A stretch of DNA of 64,000 bases. Origin: a virus (Duplodnaviria; Caudoviricetes). How positions within the stretch are numbered: the stretch's first letter is position 1; each line of letters opens with the position of its first letter. Location: IMG/VR virus record IMGVR_UViG_3300023283_000017, positions 3,370 through 67,369 of that record. The stretch is one strand, 5' to 3'. The translations under genes and the position numbers were made by a program. Positions 17,521 through 25,734 of the stretch are shown one piece after another. Under the pieces are notes generated by a model. That model saw only the letters and a list, made by a program, of their open reading frames with translations. It did no database searches and had not been told where the DNA came from.

Positions 17521-17941
17521 CCTCTTTGTGCTTGGTGGCGCGCGACTCAGAGTCCTGCCGCCAGTCTCCCCACTCTCGCAACTCGTTCTTGTCGCGTTTG
17601 GTCGTGAGCACGCTCAACGCACATTGCGCGATGAAGTCGCTCGTAGGTTCGCCGTAGCGCACAACGATCACCCCATCTTTGACGAGTTTAGGCTCCTGAT
17701 CCAAACCCAAGATCCGGTAGTGCTCTCGAAGATACTCGCGGACCGAACGCAGCAGGCCGTCCTGCGCGAGTAAGACGATGTCCGCCCATTCTCCTGCGCG
17801 GTCATCATGGGTCTTGGCGGATTCAACTTCGTTAATCTCCTCCTCGATGTGTGCAAGCACGCCGGCGCGGCGCTCCCCCGGACCGAACGCCATGCGCCCC
17901 CACGCACATTGCCGTGCCAAGAAATCAAAATGGTCAGACAT
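17507..17941 (-). CDS. DUF550/MazZ-type dATP/dGTP pyrophosphohydrolase
   Basis: AFGPGERRAGVLAHIEEEINE...EWADIVLLAQDG...KRDKNELREWGDWR. Confidence 0.8.
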   Translation of the reverse strand: MSDHFDFLARQCAWGRMAFGPGERRAGVLAHIEEEINEVESAKTHDDRAGEWADIVLLAQDGLLRSVREYLREHYRILGLDQEPKLVKDGVIVVRYGEPTSDFIAQCALSVLTTKRDKNELREWGDWRQDSESRATKHKEGVHD

Positions 17942-19142
17942 AGTAGGTGAGCTCCTCTTCGGCTCTCGTCACCACGGTGTAGAGCCAGCGTCTGCGTTGT
18001 AGTCGGTCGTTTACGCGCATCCGGTCGTCCGCGATGACGACGTGGCGCCATTGAGAGCCCTGCGACTTGTGCCCGGTGATGCAGTAGCCGTAGTCGAAAG
18101 CTTGAACGCCATCAGCACGAAGGAAAATGGTGCGCTGCTCATAGTTCTCCTGGAAGAGCCCTGGGTCGCAGATGATCTGACCTTTCGTCCCATCGTAGTC
18201 GACTTCCAGGTGCAGCAAGTTGCCTTTCTTGAACGAGTCACGCGCGGCACGGCACGTCACCCCATTCAAGTATCCCTTATCATGGTCGTTGCGGCGACAG
18301 ATCAGCTTGTCGTCGGCGAGTGGGTACTTGTCGGTGAATCCGATGAACTTGCGCATGGCGCGAGTAAGGCGGTGCCTCGATTGGTTAGAGCCCGTAATGA
18401 CCTGCCCCGCGTTCAGCGCAACCTCCATATCCCACTCAGACTTGCGCTTGATCCTGACCAACCCGTCGCCGAACTCACCGAACTTCACACTGCCGCCTTG
18501 CCTGATCTCGTTCGCGAGCCAGATAATGGGGCTGTCAGCGGCTTGCCGGTGAATCTCCTCGAGGACGAAGTCGTAGTCGTTAGATGTCAGGTGCGCCTTG
18601 CCCTTGACAGGAGGAAGCTGCCCTGGGTCACCCAGATACAGGACCGGTACTCCATAGGACTCGAGGTCCTTGCCCATACGAGCATCTACCATGGAGGACT
18701 CGTCAACTATGACAAGATCAGCATCCTCGATCTCGCAGTCTGATTTTCGCTCAAAAACAGCAGACGATTCTTCCGTTGCTTTGTTGAGCTCACGTTGCCA
18801 GGTGCTCAGCTTCTGCTGGTCGGGTTGCTGCTTCTCGGCTTCCTGCTCTATCAAGCGTTGCAGCTCTTCGACCTGCTCCTGACCGACGTTTCCTTTCGGC
18901 TGGTAGATCAGCTTGTGGATCGTCGTCGCGCCAGGGCATCCTTTCTCGCGAAGAACAGAGGCGGCCTTACCGGTGAAAGCCGCGAACTTGACCTCACCGC
19001 CTAGGCTTTCCGCGATGTGACGTGCGAGCGTCGTCTTACCAGTGCCTGCGTATCCGCCTAGTGCGAAACGCGTCGTTTCCCTGTTCTTGAGCCACCTGTC
19101 GATCTCGAGTAAGGCGCGTTCCTGACCCGGTGACCAATCCAT
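17934..19142 (-). CDS. SF1B Dda/RecD2-like helicase
   Basis: GYAGTGKTT, AFTGKAA, TIHKLIY, DESSMV, GDPGQLPPV, EIHRQA, ITGHKSQGSQW; ATG overlaps the dpdA stop (TAATG). Confidence 0.9.
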   Translation of the reverse strand: MDWSPGQERALLEIDRWLKNRETTRFALGGYAGTGKTTLARHIAESLGGEVKFAAFTGKAASVLREKGCPGATTIHKLIYQPKGNVGQEQVEELQRLIEQEAEKQQPDQQKLSTWQRELNKATEESSAVFERKSDCEIEDADLVIVDESSMVDARMGKDLESYGVPVLYLGDPGQLPPVKGKAHLTSNDYDFVLEEIHRQAADSPIIWLANEIRQGGSVKFGEFGDGLVRIKRKSEWDMEVALNAGQVITGSNQSRHRLTRAMRKFIGFTDKYPLADDKLICRRNDHDKGYLNGVTCRAARDSFKKGNLLHLEVDYDGTKGQIICDPGLFQENYEQRTIFLRADGVQAFDYGYCITGHKSQGSQWRHVVIADDRMRVNDRLQRRRWLYTVVTRAEEELTYYV

Positions 19143-20443
19143 TATAGTCCTCCGAACAGGAACTGCTGTGCTGGTTCCTTCTTGTAGTCCTTCGCCCACT
19201 CAGCGAACACAACGAACTCAGCCATGCAGATCAGGTTGCGAACGCGCGAGTCCCACCGGCAGACCTCGAAGGGAAAGCCTAAGCGCTCGACGCGCTCCCG
19301 AACGTAGGCCTGCTGCTCCTCGGGTAGAGTCCAGAAGTGCTTGCCTTGGTCAGCCAAGTGTCCTCCGAACAAAGGAAGAGCGTCCTCATGAACACCGGCG
19401 CGAATGAGGGTGTCCGAAACGTCCGCGCAGGACGTATCTACGGTGCACCCGAGCTCTGCTGCGCTGACAAGCGACCCGTCACTCGTGCGCGCCCGAGCCT
19501 CGACGCTGATGCTCACCCCTTCGAGCGAGACAAAGTAGTTCATATAGTGCGGCTCTGCTTTCCGACCTCCGGTGTGCGCTTGGTCATGGAAGATGTCTAT
19601 CATACCGAAGCCGCCGTGCTGCACCCACGCCGCGGAGTCGCCCGAGTACCAAGGCACGTTGCGCACCATTCGATTACCGGTCGTCGCGAGGCCGTGGGTG
19701 ACGATGTGCGGCCAACGGTCCTTGATGATTGAGTGCGCGTCGCGTGACCAGTCGACACGCTTGCCCTCTGGTAGGTCGTTGCGCGGCGAGACACAGATGT
19801 AGTTGTGTTTGCCGTCTACCTGCTCGACGCACTCACCGAGACGGTCGAAGCTCTCCCCTTGGTGAAAGACGGGCAGGATGATGTTGCCGAACTCCTCGGT
19901 CAGGAGCTTGTAGTTGATATCTGAGATGCGGACCGCTTCCTCGATTTCTTCAGGGGTCGGATCGCGGCCACGTTCCCCTGGGATGACGTCCAGGTTGATG
20001 CCCCAGATCTCATCGAACAGGCCGTCTGCGGCTTCGATGAACCGGGAGTACTTGCGCTTCACGTCGTCGACTGTGACGGTCTCACCTTTGTTCCAAGCCG
20101 TGAAGGCGCCGCTATCAAGCAGGATGGCTCTTGGGTAGGGCTTGCCGCGCAACGTCTGGCAGACGCGCTCCAGGATCTCAGTCGTGTCCCAGTCTTCCGA
20201 GCGCGCAAACTCCTTCTGCTGTTCGCGTCGCTGCGCGTCGCGCTTCTTGATGTTATCGACGTGCTGAGGATACGCTTGCAAGTAAGCGTCCGCGTCGAGG
20301 ATCCCAGCGTGAAGGTCCTTTACCCACCGCAGGACAGCTTTCTCATAGTCCCCGTGCATCGAGAAAAGCCGGTGCGTGTTCATACGGTTCTCGACGGTCT
20401 GGTAAGGATCGTTGCGCGGCGTGCCGGACATATACAGATGCAC
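19142..20443 (-). CDS. dpdA: DpdA-type DNA-guanine transglycosylase (TGT fold)
   Basis: LDSGAFTAW, NLDVIPG, PVFHQGE, HGLA, PWYSGDSAAW motifs; context of que genes. Confidence 0.85.
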   Translation of the reverse strand: MHLYMSGTPRNDPYQTVENRMNTHRLFSMHGDYEKAVLRWVKDLHAGILDADAYLQAYPQHVDNIKKRDAQRREQQKEFARSEDWDTTEILERVCQTLRGKPYPRAILLDSGAFTAWNKGETVTVDDVKRKYSRFIEAADGLFDEIWGINLDVIPGERGRDPTPEEIEEAVRISDINYKLLTEEFGNIILPVFHQGESFDRLGECVEQVDGKHNYICVSPRNDLPEGKRVDWSRDAHSIIKDRWPHIVTHGLATTGNRMVRNVPWYSGDSAAWVQHGGFGMIDIFHDQAHTGGRKAEPHYMNYFVSLEGVSISVEARARTSDGSLVSAAELGCTVDTSCADVSDTLIRAGVHEDALPLFGGHLADQGKHFWTLPEEQQAYVRERVERLGFPFEVCRWDSRVRNLICMAEFVVFAEWAKDYKKEPAQQFLFGGL

Positions 20444-20454
20444 TGGTGCGTTCC

Positions 20455-20634
20455 TCAGCTCACCAGGTCGTCGACTTGTCGCTCGAAGTCGTCGCGCGCC
20501 TCGTCGAGGTTGTCTATGGACGTTTTGCTCATCGCGTTGCGAAAGCGAAATGTTGCCTCGATGAGTTCCCGCGGAATTTCTGCGTTGCTCGCTGTGTTAT
20601 CGAGGAACCTAGACTGGGCGTCGGTGAAATACAT
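20455..20634 (-). CDS. 59-aa acidic hypothetical protein
   Basis: Read by eye (MYFTDAQSRF...RQVDDLVS); AACGGAG RBS. Confidence 0.6.
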   Translation of the reverse strand: MYFTDAQSRFLDNTASNAEIPRELIEATFRFRNAMSKTSIDNLDEARDDFERQVDDLVS

Positions 20635-20673
20635 GGCTAGCTCCGTTACTGTGTCGTTACAGTAATTTGAGTG

Positions 20674-20703
20674 AGGCCCGCCTTCAACACCAAAAGCGGG
20701 CCT
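20674..20703 (-). terminator. Stem-loop AGGCCCGC / GCGGGCCT after queF
   Basis: 8-bp inverted repeat just after the queF stop; no clear U-tract. Confidence 0.4.
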
Positions 20704-20711
20704 TACCTGGA

Positions 20712-21185
20712 TCAGTGCGGTTCGGGCATATGCGCGTCCGAGCCGCGCTGGTACTCCATGCTAGGATTGATCGAGATGCCGCCGCGAGGAGTGAACTCGC
20801 CGGTGACGCGCATCCACTGTGGATCGAGGAGCGTCACGAGATCGCCCAGAATGCGCGCTACGCAGGCCTCGTGGAAGTCTTGGTGGTTGCGGAAGGAAGC
20901 GAGATAGAGCTTCCAGGACTTCGACTCGACGCACCACGAGAGCGGGACGTACTCGACGACGATCCGAGCGAAGTCCGGTTGACCGGTCTTCGGGCACAGC
21001 GACGTGAACTCCTTGGGGTCCTCATAGCCACCGAGCTGGATCACCGGAAGACCGTTCGCGAGAAGGTTCATCGGGTTGCGGAAACGCTCGAGAAGGTCGC
21101 TGTCGGCCGGCTTGAAGTTACCGAAGTCGGACGACCCCGACCCGAGGTGCTTGAGGCTGGTTGCGTCGGAAGACGTTTTGCTCAT
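20712..21185 (-). CDS. queF: preQ0 reductase, unimodular type
   Basis: [15 protein letters not shown] (catalytic Cys/Asp), QueF motif [18 protein letters not shown]. Confidence 0.92.
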   Translation of the reverse strand: MSKTSSDATSLKHLGSGSSDFGNFKPADSDLLERFRNPMNLLANGLPVIQLGGYEDPKEFTSLCPKTGQPDFARIVVEYVPLSWCVESKSWKLYLASFRNHQDFHEACVARILGDLVTLLDPQWMRVTGEFTPRGGISINPSMEYQRGSDAHMPEPH

Positions 21186-21189
21186 GTTG

Positions 21190-21843
21190 TTACTCCAGGA
21201 ACAGAGGGTGTTGATGGGGTCCGGTCTCGACGTATTCGATGGCCGGCTCTAGTCGATGGGGCACCTCGAAGTACTCCATCCACGTTCGCAAGCGACGCAG
21301 CCGCCTTGCCGCGTCAGCCGTCGTCTCCGCGTCAGCGTCTGTCATCTCGCACAGTGCCCCACGCTCGCCGTCGATCCTGAGCATCGCCCAGCCACGACCG
21401 AAGAGCTTTTGGGTGAGATGGTTCGGCTTGTCGTCCGCCGCGAACTCGAGAAAGCGCATGAGCTCGAAGTCGCAGGAGAACGGTTGCAGGCCGTGAATGC
21501 CGCACCGACCGAACAACTCGCCTTCCTCGCGGATGACGTTTCGGCAGTGGTAGCTCTCGTGATCCGATTGCAAGTCGGACCAGATGAGGAAGCTCTTGCC
21601 ATTCACCTCGACGTAGCGCTCAACGAGGTCTAGCGGAGGCTTGTCCTCGGTAGGCAGGTAGTCGAGCGAGAAGCGAGGACAGCAACCGGCGCAGCGGGCG
21701 GGACACGTGAAGCCTCGGAAGATCTTAGGCGACACGCGGACGGCTTTCGGCGTGTAGGTCTTGCCTTTGTAGGTAAAAGGCTGCGCCGCCATGACGGCAA
21801 AGTAGGTGCCGACGACCTTGTCCAGTGTGTCGCGCTGCGGCAT
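21190..21843 (-). CDS. Cys-rich putative Fe-S protein (YkgJ/FliB CxxCxxCC-like)
   Basis: [11 protein letters not shown] and C...[11 protein letters not shown]; 8 Cys; ATG overlaps the folE stop. Confidence 0.7.
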   Translation of the reverse strand: MPQRDTLDKVVGTYFAVMAAQPFTYKGKTYTPKAVRVSPKIFRGFTCPARCAGCCPRFSLDYLPTEDKPPLDLVERYVEVNGKSFLIWSDLQSDHESYHCRNVIREEGELFGRCGIHGLQPFSCDFELMRFLEFAADDKPNHLTQKLFGRGWAMLRIDGERGALCEMTDADAETTADAARRLRRLRTWMEYFEVPHRLEPAIEYVETGPHQHPLFLE

Positions 21844-22787
21844 CAGATTGGCGTCGTCGTCTTGGCTAGCATCAGGAACTCCTGGCGAGCATCAGGTTCC
21901 TGCTTGATGCAACCACGCAGAGCGGAGGTCGTCGTCGAGCACCCACGGTGCTGGATCCCTCGCGACTCAACACACATATGGCGTGCGCGCAACAGGACGC
22001 CTACTCCCTTCGGTTCGAGGCAGTCTTGAAGGGCGTCCGCGATCTGGTTGGTCAATCGCTCCTGCACCTGCAGGCGCCTCGCGTAGAGGTCGACCAGTCG
22101 GTTCATCTTGGAAAGTCCCAGGACCTTACCATTCGGGATATAGGCGACCGACGCGAGGCCGAAGAAAGGCGCCATATGATGCTCACAGTGCGAGTAGAAC
22201 GGGATGTCTACCTCGATGACCATCTCGTCTACGCCCTCGGCACCATCCGTGAACACCTTGAGGACTTCCTTCGGGTCGCGAGTGTAGCCGGAGAACCAGG
22301 TCTCCCATGCTTTGACGACACGCCGCGGCGTCTCGAGCAGTCCTTCACGCGTCGCGTCGTCGCCGACGACCTCGAGGGAACGCGTCACCACATCGAACGC
22401 GCTCTCGTCGTGGTCGTCGATGACTTCCCATGGGAACACGAGCCAGTCGGGGTTCATGACAAGACCGACCTTGTTCTCGTGCTGAGGGCTTTTCGCGAAC
22501 AAGGCGAAGAACGGCTTGCCGGCGGCGCGGTGCCGAGTCATTGTCGACCCCGAGTCGATCAGGTCGTCCACAATGACATCTGCCTCCGCGAGATCACTCG
22601 TCGCCATGATGTTGACCTTGGTCGACCGCTCAGCTGCGCGCTGCAAGGCGAGCAACGCGGGCACCCCACCGCGAGGCACTGGATATGCCTTGATCTCGGC
22701 AGGCGCAAGAGCGGCGCGCTCTATGCGGTTCATGAGTAGAGAGGCCGCTTGCGCGACCTCCCCATAGGTGACGATGCGCTTGGTCAC
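21843..22787 (-). CDS. folE: Fusion of an N-terminal purine phosphoribosyltransferase (Gpt-like) and a C-terminal GTP cyclohydrolase I
   Basis: PRT: [26 protein letters not shown]. FolE: [33 protein letters not shown]. Confidence 0.92.
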   Translation of the reverse strand: MTKRIVTYGEVAQAASLLMNRIERAALAPAEIKAYPVPRGGVPALLALQRAAERSTKVNIMATSDLAEADVIVDDLIDSGSTMTRHRAAGKPFFALFAKSPQHENKVGLVMNPDWLVFPWEVIDDHDESAFDVVTRSLEVVGDDATREGLLETPRRVVKAWETWFSGYTRDPKEVLKVFTDGAEGVDEMVIEVDIPFYSHCEHHMAPFFGLASVAYIPNGKVLGLSKMNRLVDLYARRLQVQERLTNQIADALQDCLEPKGVGVLLRARHMCVESRGIQHRGCSTTTSALRGCIKQEPDARQEFLMLAKTTTPI

Positions 22788-23629
22788 GCAGGCACCTCCT
22801 CGAGCTCTGCTTCCTGCACGAGCGAGATGTAGTCGTCGACCGTCCAGGTGTTGCGGTTGCCCGCAGGCCCACGTTCCACGACCTCGCGCGCAACGTCGTA
22901 GTTCGACGACGCGGGCAGCTCACCCAGCGACTCGCACGCCGCGCGGAGCCAGATCGGGTCCGCGACACCTGCGGCCTCGAACCCCCGCTCCCGGAGCTTA
23001 GTCGCGTGGTCGGCGCCCGTGGGCGGATACTGACCATCGTAGGCGGTATGGGAGTAGGCGAGCGCGTTCATGCACCCAGGCAGGCGACGCGCGAGGTGGA
23101 CGCTCTCCGCCTTGGTCAGATCCATCAGCGGGGTGTGGATCTTGCAGGGGCCGATGGCGCCGTCTTGACCCGTGAACGTCCCGCGATTGATAGTCTCCTC
23201 GAGCGAGTCGATGAAGGTCTGACGGCAGTCGGGATAGCCGCCGAAGTCCTCCTGGCAGACACCGGTCACCATGTTGTGGCAGCCGTTGACGTAGGCGCGG
23301 TTCGCCGCGATGGTCAGGAACAGCTGGTTCCGCATGGGAACGAAGGTCTTCTCGAGGCCGCCGGGCAGGTTGCCGTCCTCATACTGCTCGAGGGCGTTGT
23401 CCGACACGAGCGGCGAGGTGCCTTTCAGGATGGGGCCAAGTTCGATGACCTCGTGGGAGTCGGCTTTGGCGAGTTGCGCGATCTTCACCGCCGCGTCGAT
23501 CTCGGCACGGTGGCGCTGGTTGTAGTCGAAGGTGACCGCGTGAACCTCGAGGAAGTTCTGCTTTGCCCAGAAGAGGGCGGTGGTCGAGTCCTGCCCACCG
23601 GACAGGACGACGAGTGCTTTGCTAGTCAT
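22784..23629 (-). CDS. queC: 7-cyano-7-deazaguanine synthase, variant without the Zn cysteines
   Basis: [34 protein letters not shown]; start set at MTSKAL. Confidence 0.92.
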   Translation of the reverse strand: MTSKALVVLSGGQDSTTALFWAKQNFLEVHAVTFDYNQRHRAEIDAAVKIAQLAKADSHEVIELGPILKGTSPLVSDNALEQYEDGNLPGGLEKTFVPMRNQLFLTIAANRAYVNGCHNMVTGVCQEDFGGYPDCRQTFIDSLEETINRGTFTGQDGAIGPCKIHTPLMDLTKAESVHLARRLPGCMNALAYSHTAYDGQYPPTGADHATKLRERGFEAAGVADPIWLRAACESLGELPASSNYDVAREVVERGPAGNRNTWTVDDYISLVQEAELEEVPA

Positions 23630-23667
23630 GAAGTGGTTTTCCTTTCCTGGTACCCACCACAGGTGAA

Positions 23668-23683
23668 GCACGTTTAAACGTGC
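23668..23683. promoter_or_regulatory. Perfect 16-bp palindrome GCACGTTTAAACGTGC upstream of queC
   Basis: Seen directly; member of the GTTTAAAC family. Confidence 0.7.
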
Positions 23684-23764
23684 GATTGAACGTGAAACGC
23701 GGCGCCACGTAAGCGCCGCGTCAGTCACGTTATGGTGCGCGCCCCGCGGGGCGCAACCGATGAG

Positions 23765-24376
23765 TTAGGACTTCCTGCCTTTTGCCTCGAGCGGCGCATC
23801 ATAGCCGTCGGGAAGGACGAGATGGTAGCGAGCCGTGTCGCCTTCCCACTCGGTGCGCACGCCGTAGCCCTTCTGCCGAACGTCATAGTACAGGGCCGAA
23901 CGGATGGAGTTGTCGTCCCACGAAACCCCATCCCGCCGGACGCAGACGGCGCGAAGGTCGTCCATCGTGGCGCCTTTCGTGAGCAGGTCGATGATGGCTT
24001 GCTGCTTCGACCCGACGCGCGCCTGGATCAGCGTGGGCATTGGATCGACGTTGATCTCGCCGGACTTGCGCGACTTGCGCTGCTCCTTGGGCTGTTCCTT
24101 CGGCTCAGGTGCCTTCTCCTCCAGGTCGGGCTGGATGATGAACCCGGTCAGCTCCTCACCGACCACGTTCTTGGCTTCCGAAGGCGTCAGATCCACGAAA
24201 ACGACGATGCCAAAGCGGCCATCAGCGGTCTCGCGCACGTCGGTGCCGGTCGCGAAAAGAACGTCGCCGTGAGCGTCCGAGTGCTTCGCCAGGTCGCGCT
24301 TGACGGCTTTCCTTGCGCCTTTTGCGTCCGAGAAAGTGCGTGGCTCGTCTGCGTGTGCGATGAATTGGGTAGCCAT
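23765..24376 (-). CDS. DNA-binding protein with a C-terminal winged helix (DUF3489-like)
   Basis: SKQQAIIDLLTKGATMDDL...WDDNSIRSAL...GYGV; AACGGAG RBS. Confidence 0.6.
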   Translation of the reverse strand: MATQFIAHADEPRTFSDAKGARKAVKRDLAKHSDAHGDVLFATGTDVRETADGRFGIVVFVDLTPSEAKNVVGEELTGFIIQPDLEEKAPEPKEQPKEQRKSRKSGEINVDPMPTLIQARVGSKQQAIIDLLTKGATMDDLRAVCVRRDGVSWDDNSIRSALYYDVRQKGYGVRTEWEGDTARYHLVLPDGYDAPLEAKGRKS

Positions 24377-24406
24377 GGTAAGTCTCCGTTGCTTGAGGTT
24401 GATGGA

Positions 24407-24619
24407 TCAGCGTGCGGTGTAGCCGCAATGAGTGGCGGCAAGTTCAGGATTGCACCGCACGAATTGCGCAAGGTCGAGTTCCTTGTGCATCTGCGCTTGG
24501 CTGTCGAAGTGCGGTGACACGCGCTCAATCAGTCGCAGACCTTCTTTCGGAGTGATCTGCTTCGCAGCCATCGCTGCGTAGACCTTGTTGGCATAGGTTG
24601 CGGCTTTGCGACTGGTCAT
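24407..24619 (-). CDS. Small early hypothetical protein
   Basis: AACGGAGG RBS; first gene after the promoter at 24638-24674. Confidence 0.65.
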   Translation of the reverse strand: MTSRKAATYANKVYAAMAAKQITPKEGLRLIERVSPHFDSQAQMHKELDLAQFVRCNPELAATHCGYTAR

Positions 24620-24637
24620 GTCGTGTCCTCCGTTGCT

Positions 24638-24674
24638 ATAACTAAGTTATATGCGACGAAGGAGGCGGGTGCAA
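24638..24674 (-). promoter_or_regulatory. Promoter TTGCAC-N17-TATAAC with operator ATAACTAAGTTAT (24638-24650)
   Basis: 17-bp spacing; the operator covers the -10 and start region. Confidence 0.75.
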
Positions 24675-24703
24675 CCGGAAGTCGCACCCGCTACCTGAAA
24701 AGT

Positions 24704-25150
24704 TTACCTTTTGAAGACGGCCGAGTTCGCTCCGTGCTCCATCACCTCGACAGAAGCCAAGCGAACGCGGTCGCCGTAGCCGGCATCCTTGAGCCAAATC
24801 TCTGTGGTCTCGAAGATGAGCTCCGCGAACGCCTCGCACCCGTTAGCGTAGGTGACTACCATGTCGATGATGCCGCGGGCGTCGGCCTCCCGGAACCAGT
24901 CGATGTGCGGGTCATCATGAGCGACCAGCGTCTTGTGGTCGAAGGTGTCCTCGAGCCGACCTTTGAGCGTCTTGAGCGACCCGAAGTCGACCACCCAGTT
25001 GCGCTCGTCGAGGCTGTCGGCCTCGAAGACAAACTTGATCGCCAGGGCGTAGCCATGAAGGAAGCGGCAGTGGGAATCCGCTCGCCACTGACGGAAAGCG
25101 GCGGAGAGGCCGAGGTTGTGCCCGTAGGTCTTCGTCGACTGGTAGGTCAT
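24704..25150 (-). CDS. queD: 6-carboxytetrahydropterin synthase
   Basis: SHCRFLHGY, WVVDFG, FDHKTL, VMEH. Confidence 0.9.
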   Translation of the reverse strand: MTYQSTKTYGHNLGLSAAFRQWRADSHCRFLHGYALAIKFVFEADSLDERNWVVDFGSLKTLKGRLEDTFDHKTLVAHDDPHIDWFREADARGIIDMVVTYANGCEAFAELIFETTEIWLKDAGYGDRVRLASVEVMEHGANSAVFKR

Positions 25151-25734
25151 CAGAGGTGCTCCTTGAGATTCAGCTCACCCCAGTGGGTGAACCAGGTGAT
25201 GCCGTTCGCACTGGCGTCTGAGCGCTGCCGGCTGTTGTGCGACGTTTGCCGCATGAAGGTTTTGTGCCCCGCACGGACCCCGATCAACGCGTTCTTGAGG
25301 TTGTCCTCAACCCAGATGCAGGGAGGGTTGAACGCGCGAAGAATCTGCTCCTTCGATTGACCGAGGTCGAGGCAGATGACGGAGTCGAAGACGTCCCCAA
25401 AGTGCTTCTGCAGGTTTGCTTTGCGCATCTGCACTGTAAACCAGTCGCTAGAGCAGGAGGTTACGACGTGCAGGCGAGCCCCTCCTTCATACAAAGAGGC
25501 GATGGCTGGTTCGGCACCCTCTACCGGTGGTAGGTCACCGAACGCGCGCGACGAGTTGAAGTCTTTGATTAGCCGGGCCGTATGTTGAGGATCCGTGCCG
25601 AGCCAGTCGTCCAGGACCCACTCCTGCGGACCACGCGGACAGATGTAGCGTTCAAGTGTGCTGCTGCAGTGGGCCTTGAACCCTTCGAGCCAGTTCAGAA
25701 GAACGTCATCGCAGTCAAGAAGAACAGTTTTCAC
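25150..25734 (-). CDS. HAD-family 5'(3')-deoxynucleotidase-like hydrolase
   Basis: LLDCDDVL (DxD), VTS, WVEDNLKN. Confidence 0.8.
   Translation of the reverse strand: MKTVLLDCDDVLLNWLEGFKAHCSSTLERYICPRGPQEWVLDDWLGTDPQHTARLIKDFNSSRAFGDLPPVEGAEPAIASLYEGGARLHVVTSCSSDWFTVQMRKANLQKHFGDVFDSVICLDLGQSKEQILRAFNPPCIWVEDNLKNALIGVRAGHKTFMRQTSHNSRQRSDASANGITWFTHWGELNLKEHL

Noticed and set aside
20640-20712. preQ1 riboswitch between queF and dpdA
   Set aside because: Two hairpins are present, but I see no preQ1-I loop consensus or 3' A-rich tail; an Rfam/Infernal scan would settle it
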